A stretch of 64,000 bases of DNA from Callorhinchus milii (taxonomy: Eukaryota). Location of the stretch: positions 79,052,001 to 79,116,000 of the forward strand of contig NW_024704742.1 of the NCBI RefSeq assembly GCF_018977255.1, given 5' to 3'. This document shows, piece by piece, positions 25,530-38,305 of the stretch. Below the pieces are notes generated by a model. The model was not told the DNA's origin. It ran no database searches and was given only the letters and a program-made list of their open reading frames with translations. Position 1 is the first letter of the stretch. Each line of letters starts with the position of its first letter. A program made the translations under genes and the position numbers.

Positions 25530-27519
25530 TCATATGCTCCGCCCTCACCTCCGCTAAATTGTCATTCTCCTCCAAGACAATCTTGGAGGCCAAGGACAAC
25601 CCAAGGCTCCTCTTCTCCATCACCAACCGGCACCTCCACCAACTCTCTCATGCCTCGCCCATCCTCAGCTCCAATGCCAACTGATCGGCGATACTGGACT
25701 TCCTCGAATCCAAACTCGAAGAATCTGCTCAGCTGCCACTGCCCTTCTGTCAACTATACCCTCCACATCTCCCTCTCCCACTCCCTACCCCTCCACACCT
25801 TCTAACCTTTCTCCCACTCCTCTCTCACCACCACTATCACCCACATTAAACCAACACCTGCTCCCTCAAACTCATCCCTACCTGACTTCTTACCTCCCAG
25901 CTCCACCTCCTTGCCCCACTACTCACAGACATCATAAAACTCTCCCTGTCCTCTGATACTGTTCCCACTCCTTTGAAAATGGCCGTCATCACTCCTATCT
26001 TTAAAAACCCTCCCTGGACCATTCTCTACTCTCAAACTAATACCCCATCTCCAACCTTCCTTTCCTCTCCAAGGTCCTGGAACAAATTGTTGCTTCCCAG
26101 CTTCGCTCCTTCCTCTCCCGCCACTTGCTTCATCAATTCCGACAATCGGGTTTCCTTACCACAGCGCAGAAACAGGCCTGGCCAATGTGACAAATGACAT
26201 TCTGTCCATCTGCGACTAGGGCTCCTTCTGTCTCCTTGTCCTCCATGACCTCTCTGCTGCCTTAGATACCGTTGACCAATCTATCCTCATCCACCGCCTC
26301 TCCTCTCACCTCAACCTTCACAAATCTGCCCTTGACTGGTTCAGATTGAAACTCTCACACAGCCTCCACTTCATCTCCACAAAGGTTTCTCCTCTCGCCC
26401 CGCACCATCTCGTGCGGCGTTTCTCAGGGCTCTGTCCTTGTTCCCCTCCTCTTCAAAATCTATATGCTCCCTCTTGGTGACATCATCCACAGACAACTTC
26501 CACATGGATACAGATGACACCCAACTCTACCACTCTGCCTCCACCCTTGACTCCAGGACCACTGCTGTCCTGACTGAATGTCTGTCAGACATCAAGTCCT
26601 GGATGAGAGCTAACATTCTTCAGTTGAACGTCAACAAGACCGAGGCTCTCCTGATTGGCTCCCATCAGCGCTCCACACCTCAGGCGCAGACAGCATCACC
26701 ATCCATGGATGCACACTCCACCTTGCTAAGCCAGTCCAGAACCTTGGGGTCTTGTTTGACCCTCAATTATCCTTTCCACCCCTTGTCCATGCCATGATCT
26801 GCTCTGCCTTCCCCCAGCTCTGCAACATTGCCTGGCTCTGCCACTGCAGGCCACCACTGTTTCACACTGCAGGCCACCAAAACTCTCATACATGCTTTCG
26901 TAACATCGAGGCTTGACTATGAAAACTCCCCAACTCCTCCCTCCATTGGCTGCAGATCATCCAGGACTTTGCAGCCCATGTCCTCTCCCGCACCAGGCTG
27001 TGTGATCCTATCAACCCCATCCTCGCCTGACTCCATTGGCTTATCATCACACAGAGGATACAGTTCAAAATCCTGGTCCTCATCTTCAAAGCCCTCTATG
27101 GTCTTGCTCCCCCTACCTCTGCGACCTTAGGAGGCTGCAGATGTAGTAGGTAACATGAACATGGAAGTCCATCCTGCCCGATCCCTCTGCTCAATGGGCT
27201 CCAACATGCTTCATGTTTCCCGCCTCGCTTGCCCCACTTTTGGCGGGCAGTCCTTCTGCCACTCTGCCCCCCATTCTCTGGAACTCCATCCCAGAGGCCC
27301 TCTGCCTCGCCCACTCCCTTGTCTCCTTCAAAACCCATCTCAAGACGCTTCTCTTCGACTGTGTTTCGATTACCCTGCTTACCCATCTGCCCTCCACACT
27401 CCTCAATCCTAACCCCCATCTTGGGTCCGAAACTCTGACTGTCCAGCGCCTTGGGATGTCCTCCTGACGTGAAAGGCGCTTTACAAATGTAATTTTGCTG
27501 CTGTTGTTGTTGTTGTTGA
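25530..27519 (+). mobile_element. L2, 5'-truncated, heavily frameshifted; small non-L2 insert at ~27128-27170
   Basis: FHMDTDDTQLY, LQLNVNKTE, SRLDY motifs; (TTG)n tail. Confidence 0.92.
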
Positions 27520-28249
27520 TTGAAAAGCAATTGTTAAGAAGAACTAACTGAGGATCACAGAAATGTTGATGAGGCAATTTAGAGGGACATGGAAAGCACA
27601 ACACACCACAGAAGCCCAGTTCTGTCATTGGTTGACATTCAACCTTGGCTGCCTCCAGCATGAGTTTCGACTTGACATGGCATCTTCAATGGGGCCAAGC
27701 TGACAGCTAGTCTGTCTAACTTTGGGACAGTAAAATTCTCATCAGATGAGCCACAGGAGAGAATTGATAATAAGGCCAAGGACTGCTGAGCTTCCTGCAG
27801 GAATTTTAAAGGGCACAGTGAGACTAGATGTATGAGCACACAGTAGACAGTAACAGTGGCTTCAGCAATAGGGTACAGTAAATATACAGGACAATTTGGT
27901 GATCAAGGCTCTGTAATGAAATTGCCTATGTTTCTAGCAGTGGGCTTCATAATGGACATTACGCTGTCAATCACTGGATGAACTCCTGCCTGCGAGCTGC
28001 GTGATTGTGAGGTTAGGTGAACAATTGCTGAAGCAGGAGGAATAAATACAGATCCTGCCTTCCAAAGGAAGAGTTCCTATCAGTTTGATCTAGACCCAGC
28101 TCCACGAATGACACAGAGAAGGGCAAACTTCAGTATTTGCGAAATCAATGCAGCGAGTCTCTCATGTGCCATAAAAAATGGAGATACCCAATATATCTAT
28201 GGCTATATCTATGCTTTTATGGTTCTATGATTTCAATTTGCTGATTTAA

Positions 28250-28614
28250 TAATAATATAATATTCCTTGCATTTGATATAGCGCTTTTCACATCTTCTAG
28301 ACGTCTCAAAGTACTTCACAGAATATACTGTAAAGTGAACTGACTGTATATTTTGTGGGCGAAATGCGTCAGACAATTGCACACAGCATTGTTCCACAAA
28401 CATTCATGGATTGAAGTGACCAATTCATTATTTTTTTTAAAAAGGAATTATTACACCCGGAAAAGTGATCCGCCAATCGACTAACAACTGGGTTCCTAAT
28501 TACTGTTAGGTAAATGGAGGAATGTGGAGTAAGGAAACTTGCCCAGCATTTCGTCCTGCCAGGAATCAAACCTTGCAAGGTGAGTGCTCTAACTACTGAG
28601 CTACAGGACTCCAC
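28250..28614 (-). mobile_element. Intermediate tRNA-Ala SINE
   Basis: Full head-to-tail match with the long central block. Confidence 0.85.
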
Positions 28615-28747
28615 TTTGTCTCCTTTGGACAAATTTTGGAATGGGTCAGAGAGTTTCTTTAAATATAAAGGCCCACAAAATGTTGAAGAACAATTATCTG
28701 TGTGTGCACTATTCATATGTAGTCTGGATGCAAGAGGGTATATTTTC

Positions 28748-29325
28748 AACAACAACAACAAAATTACATTTATAGAGAGCCTTTCAGGTTGGGAGGATGT
28801 CCCAAAGCGCTGAACAGTCAGGTGTCGGGGCCTGAGCATGGGGGAGGGGTAGTGTAGGGGTGAGGGAAGACAGAGAGGTGGGAGGGCGACCAAAGGCACG
28901 GTCGAAGAGAAGGATCTTGAGACCGGCCTTGAAGGAGGCAAGGGAGGAAGCGAGGCGAAGGGACTGTGGGATGGAGTTCCAGAGTGTGGGGGCAGAGAGC
29001 CCGGCCACCGATGGTAGGACGGGTTGGGCGGGAGACATGGAGCAGGCTGGAGCCCACTGAACGGAGGGAGTGGGCTGATTGGTAGGGAGTCAGTAGGTCA
29101 GAGAGGTAGGAGGGGGCAAGGCCTTGGATGGCCTTAAAGGTGAGGACGAGAATCTTGAATTCGATCCTCTGGGGGATGGGGAGCCAGTGGAGTCGGGCGA
29201 GTGTGGGAGTGATGGGGTTGCGGAGCCTGGTGCGTGAGAGTACACGAGCTGCAGAGTTTTGGACGATCTGCAGCTTGTGAAGGGAAGAGTTGGGAAGGCC
29301 GATGAGAAGGGAGTTCCCGTAATCA
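28748..29325 (-). mobile_element. L2 3' fragment
   Basis: Same 3' region as the 8992 copy; (TTG)n tail. Confidence 0.92.
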
Positions 29326-29552
29326 AAGGCAGGTATCGTACTTATTATTAGGCTGGTCTAGTGGAAAACTATTGGATTCAGTTTGGGGTCTAACACGAGT
29401 ATTGATCACAGTACACATTGGAAAAGAGTACTTAACTAACCTGCATTTGGAGTGTCAACAACAAGAAGATTAAATTTGTTCAGCAACTTTCACGTCGGGA
29501 AGACGTCGTAGACTATGTGAGTTCCAAGTCGCAACATGGGACTTGAGATCTC

Positions 29553-29583
<31 letters not shown>

Positions 29584-29796
29584 AACTAAGCCAGACTGAA
29601 ACAAGTTTTTACCTTTGACATGTGAATGAGGATCACTCAGTGGGATTCCCAAAGAAATTTCTAACTAAAGGACGGAAATATAAAAAACAGCTGCTTTTGT
29701 AAAATATGTTCTTTCTGTTAGCTTTTCCTCATGCAATTTTGCCTGGTGCTAATTTCACATTTTATAATAATATATAATATAATATATATCATATGC

Positions 29797-30090
29797 AATA
29801 ATCCTTGCATTTGATATAGCACGTTTCAGTCTTCTAAACGTCTCAAAGCTCTTCGCAGAATATATTGTAAAGTGAATTGACTATATTTGTGGATGAAATG
29901 TGGAAGCCAATTGCAAACAGCAGAGTCCCACAAACAGTCGTGGATTAAAATGACCAATTTTTTTTTCTTGAGGAATTATTATCAGGCATGTGGAGTAAGG
30001 AAACTTGCCCGAGATTTTGCCCTGCCGGGAATCAAACCCAGGTCCCTTGCTGGCGAGGCGAGTGCTCTAACCACTGAGCTACAGGACTCC
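29797..30090 (-). mobile_element. tRNA-Ala SINE, short form
   Basis: Head ..gtgctctaaccactgagctacaggactcc and tail. Confidence 0.88.
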
Positions 30091-30839
30091 TATTTATGTG
30101 CTTTAACAGCTTGTTTACTGCAGGACTGGCTCCCACTTTCAACAAAGAAGACAAATTCTCCAACGTCACAACTATGAGCAATAGTGCGGGGAGTGAGAGA
30201 GGGAGGGCTCCGCAGACACGCTCGAAGAGGTAGGAATGGATGGAATTGTAGCTGAGTGTTTAAAGTGTTAACAAAGTAATGACCATGATCCTGACCATGG
30301 ATTATATATGGTTTATGCCTTTCCTTGCATTCTCCATGGATGTTATGTGGCTTATGCTTTCTCTTACATATTGGTAGTCTAGGAAATAAATTCCAGAGTG
30401 CTTTTTTTGATAAAGTGCTATTACCTGTGGGAAATAGGTTTGAATCTAGACTGATAGGATGAAAGGCTTTTCTATCTGTTCGCTGCAGGGGCCCAATGAG
30501 AAATTAACTTAGTCTCAAACCAGTTGCCAACTCAGACCTACTCCAGCTCTAATTGGCAATCTCACTCAGAAACATTACCGAGCGACTGATGGGGGAAGTG
30601 GAAAAGTCCTGCTGGTGCAGTAATGGGTGTTGCGAGACTGATGCTGAGGCAAGTTGTAACGACAAAGTAAAAAGAACTTCACCCTGCATCTAAAGGTGCT
30701 GTACATGATGTGGGAGTGCTTCACATTGATACCGAATGCACAAATGAGAAAGAATGATTTGCTTAGCGAGCACTGAGTCATACTGATCGATAGGGTGGGA
30801 CCAAAATGTATTAGTTTACTCATTGCTTACCTTGCCCAA

Positions 30840-31480
30840 ACACTATGAAGTAGCAATAAACAATACAAACAGGATGCTGGGCAATATTACAGAATCATTT
30901 GAGTTCAGATCCTCAGAAAACCACATTCAAGACTGTATAAAGGCCAATGGCTTGAGCCTAAGTTCTTTCTTAAGATGAGTCAGAATGCGTATGTGCAGTG
31001 TGCAGGAAGTGATTTATGTGACTACTTTACAACTTGGATGCTGGCTATATTGTGAAGGCCAAAATTATCACAAAATGTAAAAAAAATGAATCATGAGAAT
31101 TAATTTCCCTCAATTTGGAGAATATTGGAAAACCTGATGATATTTATTGATTACCGAAACTTCAAGAGGCAAATAAGATGGCAAATGTGATTGAGAAAAT
31201 AACTTCTGAACAATGATTTCTTATACACTAGGATTAGATGGCACAGGGTCAGTGTTGTGAAAAAGAATCTCAGAACAAACACCAGGAAGTATTTATTTAC
31301 CCCAAATGGGTAATTAATGACTCAAACAGGTTATTGTGAAGTACTGTTGGGGACTGTCCGTTGGACTCTTTCAGCTCTATTGGAAAGACGAGAGGGTGAA
31401 TATTGTGGAAAGATAAGAATAAATGAGTCAAAGAATGGGTCTTCATTCCAATATCTTATCTTTGATTCTCTTTGCTGTTC
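30840..31480 (+). mobile_element. Old CR1 3' remnant
   Basis: Patchy similarity to 51690-52410 (agactgtataa.., aggaagtatttatttacc..gggtaattaa). Confidence 0.45.
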
Positions 31481-33110
31481 AAAATATTTTGTCTCCTGTA
31501 CTCTGTTCTTTTCGATAGCCTGCTTGGCCAGAAATCCATTGGTAACTGAGAATCTAATTTATGATACTTTTCAATGAGTTTCTTAATAAGGAATCCTAAT
31601 GGAATTCCAATCAATCAACAAGAATCTGCCTCCTATAAAAAATTTGGCAGCAGGACATGCTACTAGTTACTGGCAGAAGCCCCAATTTGAGTAACTTGAA
31701 GTGTTTTGCAAGAAATATCACATTTTTGATGTTTTAAGAATTTCTTTCAAGAATGACATTGTGTACAGTAAATATGGCAGTTTATAAGAAGAGTAAAAGC
31801 ATGTTTTAGCATCTTAACGTTTGAAGAACTTCAAGTAGTAAACAAATACTGTGAAACAATAAGAACAGCAATGCTGCATAGTGTTGGGGTTGGACACCAA
31901 GCAAGGGAGAAGGGGGAAAGGATCTAGGTAAGCATAGGTGTGGTTGAAAAGGTAAGTCCTTAGCTGGGATTTAAAGATAAAGAGGACTAAAGGCAGAGGG
32001 ATTGGGGCAAAGAGTTCCAGACATTAGGGGCACAGTGACTGAAAGTATTTGTTTGCCCCATAGTTTATGGTGGGGAAATAAGCCCTAACTTCTGGTGCTA
32101 TTGCTCAGCTTTCATTATGAAGTTAGAATGAGCTGCAACCCCAATCTTACTTATTTATATTTATTGTGTGGGTGGAGAGGGGAGAGAAGAAGCAGGCTCT
32201 CATAGATTGCCAGTGACCCCATGTGATCTCTGAAAGAACAGCAGCAGTGAAGTGATAAGGATAAATGTCTTGATGCAGTCATTCAAACAAAGGATTGACA
32301 GTTCAGTTGAATGTCTATTTTCTTACAATGCACCAAAAGAATGAGGATCTTGAAACAGAATTGCATCCTCAGTATTTGTATTTGCTGAAACAATGAATTT
32401 GCTAACCAAACAAAATACACTGCTTTGACAATGAAAATTAATTATACAGCTCTCCTTTGAACATGGCTCACATTTACTGTTACTATTGATACTGATCAGA
32501 AACATAAGCAGATTATTCTTTCTCTCTGTCTTAGTTGCTCTTATTCTTGGACAGTAGTGTACAACAACAACTTGTATTTGTATAGCTTCCTTCACGCAAG
32601 GTGGTATCTCAGAGCGTTTAATGTATGACCAATATGTAGGCACTACATTATCATGCTGCTTGTGAATTAAAGCTTCAGCCATGTTTCTCATCCAATTTAT
32701 TACATCTGATGAGAAAATTATTTAAGCATTTCCTGGAGACACATAGTCTGGGGACATGAGGATTCAAATCTAGAAGCAGAGCACTTGTCAATTGAACCTT
32801 AGTGCTAGATGAGTGCCTGTGTTACTTATTTTAATTGTATTATTTGAGGATCCATCTACAATGAATTCAGCTCCGAGTGACACTGCTACATGTTACAATC
32901 TCAGTGTCTGGAGATTCCATCTCAGTAGGCGCTGTGTGAATTTTACCCCATCTATCAGTATTTCTATCTGTTGTGATTCCAATGCAATTGACTCCCAAAA
33001 TAGATCAAATAATAATAAGAATTGGTGCATTTGAAATAGAGCATACAACATCTCAAAGCACTTTGCAAAGATTCTGTAAAGTGTAATATTTGTACGATAA
33101 TACAAGTCCT

Positions 33111-33492
33111 GTGGAGTCCTGTAGCTTAGTGGTTAGAGCACTTGCTTCTCAAACGAGAGGACACTGGTCCGATTCCCGGCAGGCAAAACATTGGGCAAAT
33201 TTCCTTACTCCACATGCTTCTGTTTACTTAATAGTAAATAGGAAACCCATTTACTAGTCGATTGGTGGATCGCTTTTCTGGGGATAATGATATCTTACAA
33301 AAAGTAATAAAAAAATAATAACTTGGTCACTCAATCCATGACTGTTTGTGGGACACTGCTGAGCGCAATTAGTTGCTGCACTTCGCCCACAAAGCAAAGT
33401 CAATTGACTTTACAGTATATTCTGTAAAATGCTTTGAGACGTCCAGAAGACATGATAGAGTGCTATATCAAATGCAAGGATTATTATTATTA
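33111..33492 (+). mobile_element. Intermediate tRNA-Ala SINE
   Basis: GTGGAGTCCTGTAGCTTAGTGGTTAGAGC head, long block, (ATT)n tail. Confidence 0.88.
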
Positions 33493-34302
33493 TAATGCAG
33501 ATTGGAATTAAAATGTGATAATTTACGACAACAAGGTCACACAATCAGCACCAAAGTGACTGACCCATGTTATTTGGAGGACACTGGAAGACGCTCACCT
33601 CAGTGTAGATTCACTCAATTAACATGGCATTTGAGAGCAACAAGAAGTTGTTAAATTCTTAAATACAATCTTTAATTTTGAAGCCGTTTTTCTCTGTTAC
33701 TTTTAAGAAACTACAGCAAATAGGTTTTAGAGTTAAAACTGAATTCAACAATTTGTTAAATGCTGCACACAATGAAATGTTCACAGAGTAAATCTAAACT
33801 CATGTGGAATCTCTATCCATATATCTATAAAGCAGCCCCAAATCTCAACAGCTTAGCATAATGCAAAACAACATATACTTGAATACAATCAGCAATTGGT
33901 ACTATACTGCCTAGTGGCACAACTTAACAAGTTACACATTATACATACATTAGACACCATAATTGCATTGGTGTGGGAAAGCTAAATGATTCCAAAGAAA
34001 TGCAGCAGAAAAAAACTGCTCTGTTTAAGATATCAATTTACATGTGTGTGTGAGAGGTTCTGTCATTAGAATTTTTTACAATACTTGCCTCCTTAACTAT
34101 TCTCAATTGAAAATCCTCCCCTTGTCACCACAAAACAATGAATACCATTAGCTGTTTGTGTTGTGCTACCCCTTGACCATTTCAAGTGTTGACACAATTC
34201 CATTACAGCAGCAGTTTATTCCTCCTCCATACCTCAATGGAAGAAGAGATTTTCTTTAACTAGCTAGAAAAAAATTAGGGTAAATATAACTTCAGTTATC
34301 CC

Positions 34303-34610
34303 AGGAGTTCTATATCACAGTGGTTAGAACACTCGCCTCGGAAGTGAGAGATCTGGATTTGATTCCCAGCAGGGCAAAAACTTGGGCAAGTTTCCTTACT
34401 CCACACTCCTAATAATAATCCTTCAAGGAAAAAATAATAAAATTGGTTACTCCAATCTACGACTGTTTGTGGGACACTGCTTTGCGCAATTGGCTGCCAC
34501 GTTTCGCCCACAAATATACAGTCTTTACAATATATTCTGTGAAGCGCTTTGAGACATCTAGACAATGTGAAAAGGGCTATATCAAATGCAAGGATTATTA
34601 TTGTTATTTC
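34303..34610 (+). mobile_element. tRNA-Ala SINE, short form
   Basis: Head, TTGGGCAAGTTTCCTTACTCCACAC, tail. Confidence 0.85.
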
Positions 34611-34865
34611 TTATTATAGCTAAGGTACACAATGGAGAACTATCGCAAAGAATGTGTAACTCACTCCTCATCTCTTCCCTCATCTTCTGAAAATATAACA
34701 CATGAAAGTACAGTTATATAACCAACTAATTGGCAGGTTAGCATGTGAAGTGTAATGCCTGAGAAAACAACTGTCTGCATCAACTAAGAAATTCATCCTT
34801 AACAGATTTCTTAATGGCTTTAGCAGTATTGCAGGGATGATGCAATGGAGCAGATTCCATTACAT

Positions 34866-35041
34866 TGGTCCACAGTATTCCGGGGCACTGCTGATGACAT
34901 CCTGATGGCTCATCGGCAGGATTCTATCTCTGGAATTTCTATGTGTAGGTGGGATGTATACCATTCTCAGTTTGGTTTGCATTCTCTTTACAACGATGAT
35001 GGGTTTCCACATGCATCAGACATCCAGCTGACCAAAAAAAT
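34866..35041 (+). mobile_element. A-tailed SINE-like family, internally deleted copy
   Basis: TGGTCCACAGTATTCC..GGCTCATCGGCAG is joined directly to TCTATCTCTGG..CAGCTGACCAAAAAAA. Confidence 0.7.
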
Positions 35042-35049
35042 AATGGAAT

Positions 35050-35290
35050 GACAGGCAGATCTGGCTGCTTGAACAGATTTCTGCAGACCTTGATAGCAAG
35101 GTGACAAAAGTTTCAATGATGTTGGATATGAGGCTGGATTCAGACGAGGTGGTGAAGATGGAGGGAAGTAGTCAGAGACTGGATGTGAGGTAGGAAGGAT
35201 AGCTGTGGATTGAACCTGATGCCTAGGTTGTCCACAGGTTCGATGAATCTGAGGGATAGTCCAGGGAGACAGAATTGGAGAATTTCCAAA
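35050..35290 (-). mobile_element. Old L2 RT fragment
   Basis: ttgaacctgatgcctaggtt is the reverse complement of the NLGVRFN-coding segment at ~57094-57113. Confidence 0.5.
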
Positions 35291-35879
35291 TTGTCTTAAA
35301 TTTTAAGGCATTTAAACAGTCTTACTGGTCTTAAGATGGAATTTCAGGCCTGAGGTCTGCAAAGCCAAGACTTTTCAGATGTAATTAATCACAATAGGCT
35401 TTTTCAAGTCTTCGGTTATGATTGCATCCCTCACAAAAAAGACTTCAGAACTCAAGATAAGCAATTTCCTGGAGTTAACCTTTACTGAATGCTTCTTGTA
35501 GGTAATGAAGAGATTTAATTAGCAAATGGACATAAAAAACTCTGTGACTGAAAGTAACACCTTCTAATTAATCTGTGAGGTGCTCAACTGTTCAGTGGTT
35601 TGGAAAATGAATAACGTGTGCTCATTTTTAACTATAAACACACAATAAGTTAATTATAAAGACAAGATTCATTATTTCATTATATGCTGATGTGAATTGA
35701 GACATTGGCAGTTACTCACTATTAGTAGTTGACTGTAAGGAGGTTGCAAGTTATTTGTTAACGTGAACCCAACTAAGCTTTGTTCTTTATTTCAGTTGAA
35801 AATATTTTTTCTGCTCAAACCTTTTTTACACTAAGTTTTTCACTTATTTTGATCATTTCTTTATCTATTGGCAGGATGA

Positions 35880-36024
35880 ATCCATCTGTGTATAGCAGAT
35901 GCATTATCCTATCTGTGTGTCAGAGCTGTATTATTCTGTCTGTGTATAGGAGCTGCATCATTCTGTTTGTGTGTTAAACCTGTGTCATTCTGTCTTTGTG
36001 TCAGCGCTGTATCATTCTATCTGT
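35880..36024. repeat. Minisatellite, ~27-bp unit, about 5 copies
   Basis: Diverged units of CATTCTGTCTGTGTGTCAGAGCTGTAT. Confidence 0.85.
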
Positions 36025-36040
36025 TAATTTCTCTCTAATC

Positions 36041-36705
36041 TTTTTGGATGTGGTCAGTCGGGTGTCTGACACATGAGGAAATCCATTACCATGCTTAAGT
36101 GTATTGATACCAAACTGAGAATTCCATGTATCCCACCTACACATGGAAATCCCAGAGATAGACTGTTGGAATGGAATGTGCACTCTCTCCCTGGAGGGAC
36201 ACATCCTGTTTCCTTAATTCCAGAAAGTATTCAGAGCAGGTTGACCAAGAACCAAGGCTTGGGGACCCCAGAGTATGCGTTGGGGTACTGCTGGAGTCTA
36301 ACCAGCTAAAATCACATAGCTTGCCATTGATATCACTGTCTGGCAATCTTTCGCACTGCTTGTCCAGCTAAGACCACCCTATCTGTTAGGACTTTGGCTT
36401 GCAGTTATGAAGTGAGTGCGAAGTGACTGGACTGCCCTTCCAAGTGCTGCTGATGAGCCAGGCTGACTGTGGTGTTATCAGTTGCACCCTGGAATATTGT
36501 GGACCTGCCTGGCTCAGGAACTAGACAACCGAGACCACCAAAGAGGGCTGGCCCGCTTCCAAGACCTGCTGTAGCACCAACACTGTGACCCTGACTGAGA
36601 TCACCTGCTACACTACAGCCCAGGGATTAAAACTAAGTTTGTCCAGGTCGATACGGGTCAGTATCGTACAAAATAGTGATTTGTTCACTGAGCCATTGGG
36701 AGAGT
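36041..36705 (-). mobile_element. Longest copy (~660 bp) of an A-tailed, tRNA-like-headed SINE family
   Basis: Minus strand: TGGCTCAGTG A-box (36686-36695), degenerate B-box AGTTTTAATCCC, body shared with about 7 other loci, ends ..CTGACCACATCCAAAAA. Confidence 0.65.
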
Positions 36706-37669
36706 CTATAGACTCTTTCCAGAGTAAAGCTGAAAGATTAAACATATGTTCCGGAAGGTCCATGTGATCCAAATAATCTTATGGCTGTTTGTGAGACACT
36801 GTTGTATGCAAATTGGCTGCTGCGTCCGTCTACAAATACACAGCCACTCCACTTTAGAGTAAACCCTGAAGCGCTTTTAGACATTCTCCTGACATGAAAG
36901 ACCCTTTTTTACATGCAAGGATTATTATGATTTTACTATTAATAATAATAAGATTGTTCTCCCAAAACAGAAGCAGTGTTGCTTGTAAAATTCTCTCAGT
37001 AATCTGTTTACTGTGTGGCATCAAATCATCTTGTTGCTCTTCTGTTCACAACAACAGTTTCAGTAACTCAACCATTAAATTTTAGGCCCAGATTTAAATG
37101 CAATAATCCCTCATGTGTAACAAAATTACTGGACAACAATATTGCCAACTAACAATGTCAACACAGGTTTTTGCCTGTGGACATGAATTAAACCATTCAA
37201 AACCATTTTTTTCCTTTTAATTCAGTGCCAGTGTACTCTGTTGTTCTCGGTTACCAATTTAATAGTGCAAAAAGAAATACTGATATTTTTCTAGGATCGA
37301 TTCCAATTTTCTACATTACACGACTAGGGTGGAAAAAAGCATTAGGGATATTTAAGGTTACGTCCCTGAAGAGGCTTAGAGCCCCTCACAATAGATGCCG
37401 TCCTTTAACAAATTGTTTTTGGTTTGTATTGACTAGAATAAATACAATACACCACTGGTTGGGTTTGAAATTATGATAGTAGCGTTTTAATGCTTCTTGC
37501 TCTATTTTGTAAATGGTAACAAATAATAATGCTTGCATTTGATATTGCGTCTTAAAATATCTCAAAGCGTTTCACGGGATTTTACTGCAGAGTGTAGTAA
37601 CTGTGTATGTTAGGCCAATACGGCAGCCAATTTGTACACTGCAATATCCCACAAAGAGCCATGAAGGGA

Positions 37670-38054
37670 ATAATAATAATCCTTGCATTTGATATAGCGC
37701 CTTATCACGCCTTCGAGACATCTCAAAGCGCTTCACAGGTTATTCTGTAAAATGTATTAACTGTATGTTTTGTGGGCAAAACGCGGCAACCAATTGTGCA
37801 CAGCAACAAATGGTTGTGGATTAAGTGACCACATTTTTTTTATGGGAGGGGATTATTACTCCCAGAAAGCAATCCACCAATCGACTAGCAAGTAGGTTCC
37901 TACTTACTGTTAGGTAAACAGGAGTGTGTGTGTGTGTGTGTGCAGGAAAGGAAAGGAGAAAGGAAACTTGCCTAAGGTTTCACCCTGGCCAGGAATCAAA
38001 CCCAGGTTCTCTCGCTTGCGAGGCGAGTGTTTTAACTACTATGCTACAGGACTC
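37670..38054 (-). mobile_element. Intermediate tRNA-Ala SINE with an internal (GT)n expansion at 37924-37942
   Basis: Head, long block and tail present. Confidence 0.85.
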
Positions 38055-38069
38055 ATATTTCACTGGAAG

Positions 38070-38305
38070 ATTTCTAGCTAGATCACTAGGAAAAACTCCA
38101 TTCTCTTATCTAATAGTATCATAAGATTTTTTATTTCCATCTGACCAAGCAGACACGACCTCGATTTAATGTCTCCTCCAGAGGAAGGAATCTCCAATAA
38201 TGGAGTGCTTCGCTAGTAATGGAGTATCAGCCTGATCCACAGCTCCAAATCCCAATGTGGGACTTGAACCCACAACCTTTTAACTCTGAGGTGAGCATGG
38301 TGCTA
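38070..38305 (-). mobile_element. Old Deu-type SINE remnant
   Basis: gtgggacttgaacccacaacctt..ctctgag head and diverged core. Confidence 0.55.

Noticed and set aside
35880..36024. CRISPR-like array
   Set aside because: Contiguous degenerate units with no unique spacers, no cas genes, vertebrate context
36041..36340. 7SK or other snRNA pseudogene (GGATGTG.. start)
   Set aside because: Similarity limited to a few bases; the body matches the local A-tailed repeat family instead
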